Shown: piece by piece, positions 19,286-29,453 of the stretch
How the letters are laid out: the number at the start of each line of letters is the position of its first letter
Numbering within the stretch: position 1 is the stretch's first letter
Origin: an uncultured virus (IMG/VR IMGVR_UViG_3300006120_000020)
Taxonomy: Duplodnaviria; Heunggongvirae; Uroviricota; Caudoviricetes
Direction: 5' to 3' (one strand)
Length of the DNA: 64,000 nt
Virus record (IMG/VR): IMGVR_UViG_3300006120_000020
Notes under the pieces: model-generated
Told to the model about the DNA's origin: nothing
The model's input: only the letters and a program-made list of their open reading frames with translations
Databases searched by the model: none
Position numbers and translations under genes: made by a program

Positions 19286-19903
19286 TTAGACTCCAAAAAC
19301 TTTTAAGAATCTTTCGTAACGAGCAGTACGGTCTTCAATACCAATAGTACCACCGTTAATCTTCTTTGTCATTGTAACAAAGTCGCCAATGTCAGCAAAG
19401 TGATTAAGATTATTGTTTTCCCAGAACCAGCAAGCAGATTGTGCAGCACCTTCAAAAGTTTGCATATAACCTGAAGCTTCTTCTGGTGAGATACCAATAG
19501 ATGCAGCAAACCAAGTATAGTTCTCTTTGCCAGTAACTTGAATTAGACCACGGCCGCAATATCTGTAACCGTCACCAGTTTCTTCTGGTCCGTTACCCAT
19601 GCGTTTTTCGTAGATGCGGTTAGCAATCTTCTCTGGCTTGTGTTCATATTGTTTTGCTTCGTCAAGACCACCTGGAAAATGACTACCAAACAGTTTTATT
19701 AATGATTCTGCTTTGTAGTTCAGGTTTTCTTGCAACCACAAGAAGTCACCAGACTCGTGTGTGGCTTGAGCAAAGAAAGCCGCCATGCGTTGTGGCGTAT
19801 TAATCTCGTAATCCGGAAATAGTTGACTTAGGTCTTTAAACCAGTGTTCAACGTATGGATTTTTTGGAAGTATTTGTTTGAGTTGTTGTAATGTCAATTC
19901 CAT
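19286..19903 (-). CDS. endolysin, glycoside hydrolase family 19
   Basis: AQATHES, GRGLIQVTG, SACWFW, INGG. Confidence 0.92.
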   Translation of the reverse strand: MELTLQQLKQILPKNPYVEHWFKDLSQLFPDYEINTPQRMAAFFAQATHESGDFLWLQENLNYKAESLIKLFGSHFPGGLDEAKQYEHKPEKIANRIYEKRMGNGPEETGDGYRYCGRGLIQVTGKENYTWFAASIGISPEEASGYMQTFEGAAQSACWFWENNNLNHFADIGDFVTMTKKINGGTIGIEDRTARYERFLKVFGV

Positions 19904-20157
19904 TATTTTACACTTTCGAATATACGTTTCTGAACTTGATACCATTCATTCCAAGCATCATTTTTCACAGCACATTCGTAATATGTAGAATAATTAACAT
20001 TAACAGTAGTGGCCACATCACTCAGTTTGGCATCTTCTTTTAGTTTTTCCAATTGTGGGCACCTATCTGTATATTTAGGTGGTTCAGGAAATTTAGCTGT
20101 CACCGGAACAGTAGTTGAACATCCTGCAAGCATTAATACCAGAATAAAATATTTCAT
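19903..20157 (-). CDS. outer-membrane spanin (Rz1-like lipoprotein)
   Basis: lipobox LAGC, Pro-rich, next to endolysin. Confidence 0.75.
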   Translation of the reverse strand: MKYFILVLMLAGCSTTVPVTAKFPEPPKYTDRCPQLEKLKEDAKLSDVATTVNVNYSTYYECAVKNDAWNEWYQVQKRIFESVK

Positions 20158-20591
20158 TTTGGTGGCTCCGCTGCTTGATTGTGTGCATCCACAAATTCTT
20201 TTGGAATTACACAAGTACTATCGTATTTGGTGATTTCACGGTCAATGTATTGTTTGACGATGATCTCTTTTTGTTTGTTGCTGTCCAATCTCTGCTTGGA
20301 CTTATCATTTATCTTGTCGTTGGCTTGTTTTGATTCTTGTTCAGCCTTGGCGACTTTGGCTTGCATCTCTTTGACACGGTCTTCCCATGCGTTATTGTCA
20401 TGTATTGCACCTGACATGTATAGACCAATCACGATTGCAACACATGATGCAATTCTAATAGGAAGTCTATAAACTGAAATTAGGGGAATAAAAGAGAGAT
20501 ATTTGAGAATGTAGGTTGCAACTAAGCCAGCGATGCCACATAATAGTATCACATAAAACAACCAATCAGGTAAGAACTTTAGAATCCACAT
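20154..20591 (-). CDS. inner-membrane spanin (Rz-like)
   Basis: N-terminal TMs, coiled coil, C-terminal Cys. Confidence 0.7.
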   Translation of the reverse strand: MWILKFLPDWLFYVILLCGIAGLVATYILKYLSFIPLISVYRLPIRIASCVAIVIGLYMSGAIHDNNAWEDRVKEMQAKVAKAEQESKQANDKINDKSKQRLDSNKQKEIIVKQYIDREITKYDSTCVIPKEFVDAHNQAAEPPK

Positions 20592-20802
20592 TCTCTATTT
20601 TTATCCAATCATTGTTGAAGAATTTATACCCTTCAACTTTTCTTGTAATTATATTAACATCGTATTTTTCGTTGATATATCTAGCCAAACTAACATCATC
20701 CAATCCAGACACTTTCATAAACATTACATTTGCAGCTTTTTCAGTTTGAACTCTGATGCCAAACTGATCTTCAACATAATTTACAATATCATCAAAAATC
20801 AC
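20566..20802 (-). CDS. hypothetical protein
   Basis: ORF in operon. Confidence 0.6.
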   Translation of the reverse strand: MIFDDIVNYVEDQFGIRVQTEKAANVMFMKVSGLDDVSLARYINEKYDVNIITRKVEGYKFFNNDWIKIENVDSKVLT

Positions 20803-20996
20803 TTCTGCGCCTTTCTTTTACCCATACTCATCATGATGGGATTATAATTGCGTTTTCGTTTTTTCATATCAACACCAGGTTCTCCGCCTTTGCCACCAGA
20901 ACCAGCGATTGCGCCTGAACTAACAGCGTTTGTGGGTCCTGCAGCAGCTGCAGCACCTGCACCCATTTCTGTTATGTAGTCTTTAAATTTTTTCAT
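20799..20996 (-). CDS. small protein with capsid-targeting-like N-terminus
   Basis: MKKFKDYITE. Confidence 0.65.
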   Translation of the reverse strand: MKKFKDYITEMGAGAAAAAGPTNAVSSGAIAGSGGKGGEPGVDMKKRKRNYNPIMMSMGKRKAQK

Positions 20997-21502
20997 CTGC
21001 ATTTCCACTTGCGTAAAGCTAGTGCTTTTCTGGTTGGCTCACCATTTGGTTTCTTCATAGAGCCTTTCATTCCAGACATACGAGCACAGAATGATTTTCT
21101 ACGTTTAGCAGCTTTAGAACCAGGTTTTACTTTGCCTGTAACAGCCTTCTTCAATTTAGAACCTGGATTTTGTCTACGATATGATGCAATACCTTTGGCG
21201 TTTAGTCCACCAGTTGCACTCTTACCTTCTTTACGTTGCCATGCAGCTGTTTCAATTAGGTCTACAAGTGTTTCTGCATCTTCATCAGATTCAGCAACAA
21301 TGAACAAGTCCAGTTCTTCACCTTCTTCATTCACCATTTCCAAAACGTGAGTGAATTCTTCTTCATCGTCAGCTTCATACATTTCGATATCATAATTGAT
21401 ATCTTCTTTTTTGCATGAACCTTTAGAGTATGGCTTTTTGCCAGGTACTGGTTTGTAACCTGTCCAGCATCTTTCGTTTACGTATTGTTTGAATGTTCTC
21501 AT
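20993..21502 (-). CDS. DUF6321-like virion protein
   Basis: CWTGY; AAWQRKEGK..GGLN..RRKSFCARM..LRKWKC. Confidence 0.75.
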   Translation of the reverse strand: MRTFKQYVNERCWTGYKPVPGKKPYSKGSCKKEDINYDIEMYEADDEEEFTHVLEMVNEEGEELDLFIVAESDEDAETLVDLIETAAWQRKEGKSATGGLNAKGIASYRRQNPGSKLKKAVTGKVKPGSKAAKRRKSFCARMSGMKGSMKKPNGEPTRKALALRKWKCR

Positions 21503-21885
21503 ATTTTTATTAGTATTTCTGCAACTTGGCCGTTCATTGGTATCTCGTAAGAAGACAAGTCCTTACCGTTAATACCCAAAATCGTTTCTGGCATAATATT
21601 TAGATAACACAAAAAAGTTTTCAATACATCATAATCACGTTCTTCTATCTTATAGAATAATATTCTAGCCGTGGCTTCAGGACCAAAAACATTATTCAAT
21701 AAAATAATGTGGTTTAGTATCAGGCGTTCCTTCAACGAACCACCATTCTTATATCTGCGAAAAAGTCTTTTTAGGTACTTTGTTCGTTTCATATCTCCGT
21801 CAAATTCAGACATTATGTAATGAGGTGAGTTATAGCACTTCATCGCATACATCATGAAATTGTCATCATTAAGATTTTCAAACAT
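21499..21885 (-). CDS. conserved T4-like hypothetical protein
   Basis: NFMMYAMKCY..ERLILNHII.L.NVFG. Confidence 0.8.
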   Translation of the reverse strand: MFENLNDDNFMMYAMKCYNSPHYIMSEFDGDMKRTKYLKRLFRRYKNGGSLKERLILNHIILLNNVFGPEATARILFYKIEERDYDVLKTFLCYLNIMPETILGINGKDLSSYEIPMNGQVAEILIKI

Positions 21886-21889
21886 ATTA

Positions 21890-21913
21890 AAATGGGGTGC
21901 CGAAGCACCCCTT
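21890..21913 (-). terminator. intrinsic terminator (UUCG hairpin)
   Basis: GGGGTGC-TTCG-GCACCCC followed by ATTTT. Confidence 0.65.
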
Positions 21914-21917
21914 ATCA

Positions 21918-22538
21918 TTAAACGCCAGCGTAGTAAGTCGAACTATTAGATGTGTTACCAGACAATGTGTTAGCTGCTGTTGGACTTGCCAATGCAACCA
22001 AAACTTCTGTTTGAACACGACCTGCACGACCACCAGTACCTGTTGTTACTTTTACCCAACCGGCATGTGATGTTGCGTTATTAGCAAATGATGCGTTAGC
22101 CATACGAGTTGGTGTTACCAATACTACGTCTTGGTTAAAGTTCTTTTCATATACTTTGTTTGAGTTATATGGAAGTGTCTTATCAAATTCGATTGTTGCG
22201 CCTGGTGATGTGTTAGCAAACACGTTAGCAGCCAATGTTACTGTGTTGCCGCTGATAGACAATACAGTGTTGTTGGATGAAAACATACTTGGATAACCGT
22301 TACCAGCAGCACCACCAGCATTATTCGCACCGTTAGGATAGAAATATACGAACTGACCTGTAGCAACACCGATGTTTGCAACGTTGTTGCCTGCACCGTC
22401 ATTATAAACTAACGTAAGGTTAGCTTGTCCTGTGTTTGCCCAAGAGCCTAGTGATATCTGAATTACTTCTCTTACGTTTCTTGTGTTTGGTGACTTTGGC
22501 TTTTTATTAGCGTTGTCAGTATTACCCCACATTGGCAT
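21918..22538 (-). CDS. virion structural protein
   Basis: MPMWG..HAGWV..GRVQTEVLVA, Asn/Ala/Thr-rich. Confidence 0.7.
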   Translation of the reverse strand: MPMWGNTDNANKKPKSPNTRNVREVIQISLGSWANTGQANLTLVYNDGAGNNVANIGVATGQFVYFYPNGANNAGGAAGNGYPSMFSSNNTVLSISGNTVTLAANVFANTSPGATIEFDKTLPYNSNKVYEKNFNQDVVLVTPTRMANASFANNATSHAGWVKVTTGTGGRAGRVQTEVLVALASPTAANTLSGNTSNSSTYYAGV

Positions 22539-22565
22539 GGTTTTTCTCCTTTGAAAACTTATGGC

Positions 22566-23807
22566 TTATTTATCTTTTTTCTTATCGTCTTTTTTGTCAT
22601 CCTTCTCACCTTCCTTCTTCTTAGTAGGATCAGGTTGACCAGGACGTGCTCTCATCATCGGATCAATTTCAATAGTATCACGTTTTTGACCTGTTAGTGT
22701 TGTACCACCAGTTAGAACTGCGGCAGCTTGTGGTTTATTCTCACCTTTACTGTCTTTTGGGTCTGCTGAGTCCATCTTTGGTTTTTTACCGTATGTGGCA
22801 ACAGACTTATCTTCTTTCTCATGGTCGTACATATCTTCTTTCATCATATCTTTTTTAAAGATAGATTTAAGCATTCGAGCCGATTTTGATAGTTGTTTTT
22901 TAACTTCTGACACCGGTTCTAGTTGTGCGTTAGGTAGACCATCTGCATTAACAGCAGCCTTTGCATCACCAACATCTTCCTGTGTCATTTTAGGTGTTTG
23001 TGAAAGTGGATCGTGGTCTTGTTTTTGTGGTGTTGTTGGTTTTTTAATCAACTCTGCACCTAAACGGCGTTCACGTTCACTTCTTTCTTGTTCACGACCC
23101 AAAGCACGTTGAAGTTTCATTGCAGCTGTCATACGAGCTTCTTGAACAAAACCGTGACTACAAGAACATGGATCCTCATTACACAAAGGACATAAACCAG
23201 TTTCTTCTTTGAAATGTGCGATAGCAACAGCTTTCTTACCTTTTGATGTAAGTGTCTCTACAGCCTTGTGTGCTTGGTGACCGTTAGGGAATCTTTTCCA
23301 AGATTTACCATCAACATGAACTGTATGTGGACGGTCCATCAATGATTTTGCTTTGAATTTAGTTCTTGGATGACCTTCATCATCTTCACGTGATTTCTTC
23401 GCAAAACCGGTACGGTTATCATCATAACCTTCGTTGTGAGTACCTGGTCCACGAGGTGTTTTGATTTCTTTATAAGAATCTTTTGCTTTTTTAATTTCAC
23501 CTGCACGGTCAGAAGTTTTACCACCTTCACCTTTGGTTGCCATATGACCCATATCTTCCACTTGAATTTCTTCGGTGTTCATATGGTCACGAGCCCACTT
23601 CTTAAACTCATTAGACTTTGAGTGTGCAACCTTTATATCTTTACTTGCAAATTTTGGTTGAATACCTCTAGACAACAAGTAACGGTCCAGCAAAGCTGAC
23701 TCAGCAATGCCAGCTTTTGCGGACCATGGGTCTCTTGGATCGGTGCCAAAGGTAGACTTTGGTGCAACCGTTTTCTTAATGATATCTTTTACTTTTTTAG
23801 CATCCAT
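22566..23807 (-). CDS. low-complexity probable internal head protein
   Basis: K/E-rich with repeated hydrophobic-x-E prohead-protease-like sites. Confidence 0.7.
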   Translation of the reverse strand: MDAKKVKDIIKKTVAPKSTFGTDPRDPWSAKAGIAESALLDRYLLSRGIQPKFASKDIKVAHSKSNEFKKWARDHMNTEEIQVEDMGHMATKGEGGKTSDRAGEIKKAKDSYKEIKTPRGPGTHNEGYDDNRTGFAKKSREDDEGHPRTKFKAKSLMDRPHTVHVDGKSWKRFPNGHQAHKAVETLTSKGKKAVAIAHFKEETGLCPLCNEDPCSCSHGFVQEARMTAAMKLQRALGREQERSERERRLGAELIKKPTTPQKQDHDPLSQTPKMTQEDVGDAKAAVNADGLPNAQLEPVSEVKKQLSKSARMLKSIFKKDMMKEDMYDHEKEDKSVATYGKKPKMDSADPKDSKGENKPQAAAVLTGGTTLTGQKRDTIEIDPMMRARPGQPDPTKKKEGEKDDKKDDKKKDK

Positions 23808-23808
23808 T

Positions 23809-25338
23809 TTATTGGTTTCCTGATGCTTTACCCAACATTTCATTCTTAACACGGCCCATTGCTGATTTTGTGATTTCTTTAACACGTTTCATCACTGGAC
23901 TAGATGTTGTATTAGCAGGAGTTGCAAAGTTTGGTGCAGAACCGGCACCAGAATCCATTTCAGGGTCTTTGCCTTCTTTCATTGGTTTGTCGTCATGTTC
24001 TGGTTTGTCTTTTTGTTTAGAACCACCGTAACGAGAACCTTGTTTCTTACCTGCGCCGCCGTTTGGTTGTGGAGCACTTTTGGATTTAACATCCTTCATC
24101 ATGTCATCCCAACCTTCTTCAACGTTTTCAACTTCTTCTTTCATTTTCATCTTCATTTTAATTGGCTCGTGTTTTTCAACAGCAGACAATTTATAATGAC
24201 GATATGCATGTGTTCTCAACAAGTCTTTAGCTTGTTCCATGGCTTCTGCATCGTTTTTAGCAGTCAACAAAGCCATACTTGCCCATTTACCTGTTTTTGG
24301 ATCATCAAAGTGAGCTGCGTGTGTGATGTTTGCTTCGTCAAGATATTCTACTTCTTCAGCGAAACCTTGTTTAGTGAATTCAACATTACCGTGGCCATCA
24401 ACACCAATTTTTGGTTGTTCGATTGGGTTTACACCGCCACCGTGAGCTTTGATAGATTCTTTTGCTTTTGAGTCTGGTGCTTTTTCAACTTCAGGTTCTC
24501 TTGCAGTCTTTTGGCTGCCTTCAATTTTCACTTTGAAGTTTCTAAAGCTATTTGTTTTTCCTTCGCCTTGTTCACGACCACTCAACATATCTGTTGCAAC
24601 ATCTTTTGTTTCGGCTTCAGTTACTTGTTCAAGTTCTTCACCCATGGCTTTCTTGGTAGCAGTAGCGTACATTACATTTTTCCAATTTGCGCCATATTTC
24701 TTTTTGAAGTATGATGGGTCTTTTTCCATAGCACCAGAGATTTCATGTCTCTTAGCTTTTTCTTTCTTGGTCATTTCACGTTCTAACAAACGTTCTTTGA
24801 AGTTCAAAGGTGCAACTTCAGTTTCTTCTTTGTGTGATGCCATTGGTGATTCTGGTTTCTTACCTGTTTGTGGCATACCCATTTTCTTTTGCAAGTCTTT
24901 ACGCATAGCTTCATCGTCACCATGACCTAGTTTAGACAATACTTTTTTGCCTGCTGATTTCAAAGTGTCTTTTAGACCTTCATCTACAGTTTCTTCTTTG
25001 TGCATTTTCTTAACGTGTTGAGCTACTTCACCGTTCTTACCATGCATACCTTTTTCATGTTTGCCAACTTCTTTTTTAGCAATATCTTTTGCTTTCATAG
25101 GTGTAACACAGTTACCTTCTTTGGCCAATTCATATTCTTCTTTGTGAGACTTGGCTGTAACTGGATATTTTTTACCCATGAATTCAAAATGCTTCTGATT
25201 TGCTTTCTTAGCAGCATGAGCAGCTTTATGAAAACCAGTTTCATCTAAATCATCATCAGTAAGCATTCTTTTTTTATCTTCTGTGATGGTAGATACTGCA
25301 TCAAGCAATGACTTAGATACTTTGTTAGTTGTGAACAT
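23809..25338 (-). CDS. low-complexity probable internal head protein
   Basis: repeated KEE/VDE/LDE sites; VMYATATKKA motif. Confidence 0.75.
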   Translation of the reverse strand: MFTTNKVSKSLLDAVSTITEDKKRMLTDDDLDETGFHKAAHAAKKANQKHFEFMGKKYPVTAKSHKEEYELAKEGNCVTPMKAKDIAKKEVGKHEKGMHGKNGEVAQHVKKMHKEETVDEGLKDTLKSAGKKVLSKLGHGDDEAMRKDLQKKMGMPQTGKKPESPMASHKEETEVAPLNFKERLLEREMTKKEKAKRHEISGAMEKDPSYFKKKYGANWKNVMYATATKKAMGEELEQVTEAETKDVATDMLSGREQGEGKTNSFRNFKVKIEGSQKTAREPEVEKAPDSKAKESIKAHGGGVNPIEQPKIGVDGHGNVEFTKQGFAEEVEYLDEANITHAAHFDDPKTGKWASMALLTAKNDAEAMEQAKDLLRTHAYRHYKLSAVEKHEPIKMKMKMKEEVENVEEGWDDMMKDVKSKSAPQPNGGAGKKQGSRYGGSKQKDKPEHDDKPMKEGKDPEMDSGAGSAPNFATPANTTSSPVMKRVKEITKSAMGRVKNEMLGKASGNQ

Positions 25339-27239
25339 TATTTTGCCCCTTTTTTCTTCTTTTTAATTTTCAGACCGTAATCGTTTTGTACATTACGCAT
25401 GGTATCCTTGTAGGTATCCATACCTTCTTTGTTACTTGCACCACCAAGAGTTCCGCCAACACCCATGTCTGTTGAACCTGGATCATCAATGGCTTCTTTC
25501 TTAAATTTCTTTCTAAATTTGTCAAATTCTTTAGATTGATATCTTGAATCCAAAGGATTTACGGATACACCAGTCATACCTGCATAATTGCTTACATCTG
25601 CATTACTTGTTGTAGGACCAGCATAATCTTCACTGTACGTTTGGTCACCTAAGCCGGCGCCTGCTGCGGCACCCTGACCACCAGCTCTCGTATCATATTC
25701 TGGTCCAACGCCAGAAGGTTTACCAACACGAGCAGCACTTAAACTTGTATCTCCTCTTTTCAACTTCTTCAATTTATCTTTATCAAGTCTAAATTTTGGT
25801 TCTTTTGGAGGAGCACTAATCTTTAACATAGGTTTTGCTTCTTCGGTACTATATGCACCAGACCAAGCACCACCTGAATGACCATTACCATTAGGATTTT
25901 TTCTAGGGAAAGTATCACCCTTGATTTGATCCGATGAACTTCTCTTTCTATCGTTGTCTGGAATTGCATCTGACGGTCCAGCTGCCTGATAGAAAGGGTT
26001 GTATTTTTTAACGGTAGAAGTCTGAATAGATTTCGAACTTTTCTCTAGTATATTTAGCTTTCCTTGACTTTCTAGCCAGCTCTCAGAAATGTCATTGAAA
26101 CTCTTTTTATCAAAGAATTTTTCAGAAATTTGGTAGATATCGTTGATATTTTCTTCAATAATCGAATCGGAGTTATCAAATTCAATCATGTGTTCAAACA
26201 TTTCAAAGTACATATCTTTACTTTTTTGTGAACGAATCCATTTGTCATGTCTTACGGATTCTACCATCATACGTGACAATCTGGTGTTGCGCTCTTGTGA
26301 TACTTCATCGGAAGTGTGTACAAAAATCATCAAAGTGTTATATCCTAGTTCTTCTAGCTCTTCTTTGATGTATGAAATACGTTGAATGTCATCGGCTGGA
26401 CCATTGATAATCAAAGGACCACGGGTACGCAATGCTTCTCTGCGGTAGTCACTAGACTGTTCCGACAACTTCATTTTGTCTGCAAGGTAATCGTAAGCTT
26501 GAACCACATTCAATTCTACTGCATGTGCTTCTGGAATGGCTTCACGAATAACAACATCTTTACCAGAACCTGGACCACCAGTCACAAAAACTGCCTTAAA
26601 GATACCATGGTCAAAAGATTCGTTGATACCCATACCTTTACGGACATCTTTCATCAATTCTCTTGCATGGTTATCTGAAACGTGATGTGGCACACCCTGA
26701 CGGAATGAACTGAAGTCATTATTCTTGGCGTGATCTCTCATCTTAGTAGCGGACATACCTTCTGCACCTTCAGCGTCAGGATCACGGTGTCCTGCTGAAA
26801 CCACTTCAATCTTTTTAAAGTTGAAAGGTACATGGCCAGACTTATCTGGTTTTCCATTGTAACGGTGCAATAAATCGTGGTATTCTTTTACACGGTCTGA
26901 ACCACCAACAACCACCAAGTGGTCATGACCTGCTGCATGTAAACGTGCTGCATGGTGCATAATTGTTGGGTGTTCTTTTGAAGATGCTTCAAAGTGAGTA
27001 CCTGGAGAATAACGCTTTAGGTGTTTAACCTTTTGAGCACCAGAAAGTGGGTTCTTTTTGGTGTCTTGTGAATGAGAAACAATAATTGTATGTGCAGCTT
27101 TACGTTTCTCTGCTTCTGAACGTACCTTATCGATCAGTTTTAAGTGACCGGTTGTAGGCGGATTCATACGACCAAAAGCCATTACGACTGGCTTTTTGGT
27201 TTTTTCTTTTTCCTCGACTAACTGTAGGAATGATTTCAT
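25338..27239 (-). CDS. cytidylyltransferase-like + P-loop kinase fusion
   Basis: FGRMNPPTTGH, GSDR, SATKMR; GGPGSGKD. Confidence 0.85.
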   Translation of the reverse strand: MKSFLQLVEEKEKTKKPVVMAFGRMNPPTTGHLKLIDKVRSEAEKRKAAHTIIVSHSQDTKKNPLSGAQKVKHLKRYSPGTHFEASSKEHPTIMHHAARLHAAGHDHLVVVGGSDRVKEYHDLLHRYNGKPDKSGHVPFNFKKIEVVSAGHRDPDAEGAEGMSATKMRDHAKNNDFSSFRQGVPHHVSDNHARELMKDVRKGMGINESFDHGIFKAVFVTGGPGSGKDVVIREAIPEAHAVELNVVQAYDYLADKMKLSEQSSDYRREALRTRGPLIINGPADDIQRISYIKEELEELGYNTLMIFVHTSDEVSQERNTRLSRMMVESVRHDKWIRSQKSKDMYFEMFEHMIEFDNSDSIIEENINDIYQISEKFFDKKSFNDISESWLESQGKLNILEKSSKSIQTSTVKKYNPFYQAAGPSDAIPDNDRKRSSSDQIKGDTFPRKNPNGNGHSGGAWSGAYSTEEAKPMLKISAPPKEPKFRLDKDKLKKLKRGDTSLSAARVGKPSGVGPEYDTRAGGQGAAAGAGLGDQTYSEDYAGPTTSNADVSNYAGMTGVSVNPLDSRYQSKEFDKFRKKFKKEAIDDPGSTDMGVGGTLGGASNKEGMDTYKDTMRNVQNDYGLKIKKKKKGAK

Positions 27240-28231
27240 TCTTCTGATTTCTTGAAGTTAAGTGGTTTATGACCCAATGTTTTTGCCATGGCTGCCAAGT
27301 GGTCATCATTATCTAGGTCAACGTGACTCTTATCTGCATTTTTAACCATGAATTGTACTGTACGTTTTAGTGGATCGGCAGTCTTTTGGCGGACTCTCCA
27401 TTGACCTTTACCTGTCAAACTAGGAAGACCGTGGCCTGTTTTATCTTTCTTACCGACCTTGTATGTTCCATGTTTACCAACTTGAACAACGTCTACATGA
27501 TGGTCACCCAAATATGCATTTGCTGGTTCTAAATTATCATGTTCAAACATAACGTTCTTTGCAAGTGGACCACCAGCAACCAGACCTTGTTTTTCTGGTT
27601 TGTGGTGTTTGTTCATATGTTCAACAATACCCTTGTCTTCAATGTGTTTTGCATAACCAGGTCGTTTTTGACGAGCATCATCTGGAATATGCCAACCACC
27701 TTTTTTCTTATCGTATGCAATTGTTAGTTGACCAAATGCGGCTGTCTTGCCTGCTTTTGTTTCACCTTGTAAAGCACTTTCGTTGTGTACTTCACCTTTG
27801 TGTTTGGTCTTGTTCTTTTTGTTAACTAGATTGAAGTCATTACCTGATGTGAAACCAGCAGCTTCACCTTCCATCAAACCATGTTTCTTCAAACGGTCAA
27901 CGAATTGTTGTTCATATGCAAAACCTTTGTTGGCTTTTACTTCACCTGGTTTATGAATCTTTGAAACTGGAATAACATGTTTTGTACGAGTTTGGTCGTC
28001 AGTAGCATGTACATGCAATTTACCATCAAGCACTTCTGTTTTGTGGAACATTAACTTTGCGCCAGCCGGTACATCATCATGTGCTTTACCTAGAGTGTGA
28101 GTATAATCTGTTGCACCAAGATGTGGTGTGATGTATTGTCTTTCGTGGCGTGCAGCTTCTGCACCAGTTCCTTTGATGAAACCACGTGACATTTCTAATG
28201 CTTCAAACAATAAGTAATTCAGTGTTTTCAT
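27236..28231 (-). CDS. hypothetical protein (possible PD-(D/E)xK fold)
   Basis: GFAYEQQF..ND..GETK. Confidence 0.7.
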   Translation of the reverse strand: MKTLNYLLFEALEMSRGFIKGTGAEAARHERQYITPHLGATDYTHTLGKAHDDVPAGAKLMFHKTEVLDGKLHVHATDDQTRTKHVIPVSKIHKPGEVKANKGFAYEQQFVDRLKKHGLMEGEAAGFTSGNDFNLVNKKNKTKHKGEVHNESALQGETKAGKTAAFGQLTIAYDKKKGGWHIPDDARQKRPGYAKHIEDKGIVEHMNKHHKPEKQGLVAGGPLAKNVMFEHDNLEPANAYLGDHHVDVVQVGKHGTYKVGKKDKTGHGLPSLTGKGQWRVRQKTADPLKRTVQFMVKNADKSHVDLDNDDHLAAMAKTLGHKPLNFKKSEE

Positions 28232-29406
28232 TTTCTAACCTTCAATAAATTGGCACGAGCAAACTCTTTACGGTTAACCAATTTAGTTGGTTCGCCACCA
28301 TGATTGACAACGAAACCTTCTGGCTTACTTCTCTTGTTGTCAATATGATGTTCAAGTCCACCCTCATGTTGTTCTAAGTTTTTAATTAGAACATTTTTAG
28401 CAGCTTGTAGATGTGAGTGCATTTTTAACATGTTATCATATTGTTCTTTATTTGCATCAATATGTAACATATGCGATTTTGCTTCTTGTGATCGTTTTGC
28501 CTTGCCAGCAGGAGTTTTTAGTTTAGCTGCTGACTTGTCATACTTATCTTGAATGTGTTTTTTCAAACCTTCAGAAGTAGGTTCTTCATCGGTTCTTACT
28601 GTATGGTTAATGTAAGTTTCTAGATGACTACCTTCACCACGATGTGGTTCTGTGGCTTTGTACATTGTACCTCTATTTGCTGAATGAATCTTATCAGCTT
28701 CGGCCATATGTTTTTTAAATTCTTTTTGGTCTTCTTCAGAATAGTGAATGTGTTTTGTGTCGTGGTTTGCAGACTGGTGCCATACGTCTTTGTGTTGTGC
28801 AAAGTTGTGTAGGTCTGGATGTGGATCCGCAGCCATCGTATGGATATCGTTACCGTGATATTGTGTATGCACGATAATACCCATCTTAGAATTTTTGATC
28901 TTATCTGCCTTGTCACCGGAGGCTGTGTATCTGATGGTATTTGGTTCAAACGATACTTTTCCACCATCTTTGTGTTTCAAATCACCTTCTGAATACATCA
29001 GGTCACCTTGATACACACCAGATTTTGGTGCAATTTTTGGTAGATGATTCAGTGCGGAATGTAGTTTGTCCATCAAACCTGGTGCGTGGCCATGGTTCTT
29101 TTGAATATCTTTGTGGTTGAAATTCAGTTTAGGGTTCTTGTTGAAGGCTGATTTTGATGCAACAAAAAACTTACCTGTCTCTGGATGGTGACCGAAAACA
29201 ACTGACGGAGAACCATCATATTTCATAGTTAGAGCCGAACTATTTGCACCTGATTTGATATGGTCATGCACATGATGTAAAGCATTATATGCATGTTGAA
29301 ACCCTTTTGCTCCATGCTGCAAAGGACGATCCTCAGCATGAGTAATATGCTTAAGTTTCGTACCTTCTTCGGTTTCTTCTGTTAAAAACGACTTGAATGT
29401 ATACAT
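28228..29406 (-). CDS. DUF6267-like protein with ATP-dependent ligase motifs
   Basis: KYDGSP (motif I), EGFVV (IV), KLV (V). Confidence 0.75.
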   Translation of the reverse strand: MYTFKSFLTEETEEGTKLKHITHAEDRPLQHGAKGFQHAYNALHHVHDHIKSGANSSALTMKYDGSPSVVFGHHPETGKFFVASKSAFNKNPKLNFNHKDIQKNHGHAPGLMDKLHSALNHLPKIAPKSGVYQGDLMYSEGDLKHKDGGKVSFEPNTIRYTASGDKADKIKNSKMGIIVHTQYHGNDIHTMAADPHPDLHNFAQHKDVWHQSANHDTKHIHYSEEDQKEFKKHMAEADKIHSANRGTMYKATEPHRGEGSHLETYINHTVRTDEEPTSEGLKKHIQDKYDKSAAKLKTPAGKAKRSQEAKSHMLHIDANKEQYDNMLKMHSHLQAAKNVLIKNLEQHEGGLEHHIDNKRSKPEGFVVNHGGEPTKLVNRKEFARANLLKVRK

Positions 29407-29453
29407 GAATACCTTTAGAAATGCAACACACTATGGTTGTACCTAAGGACTAT

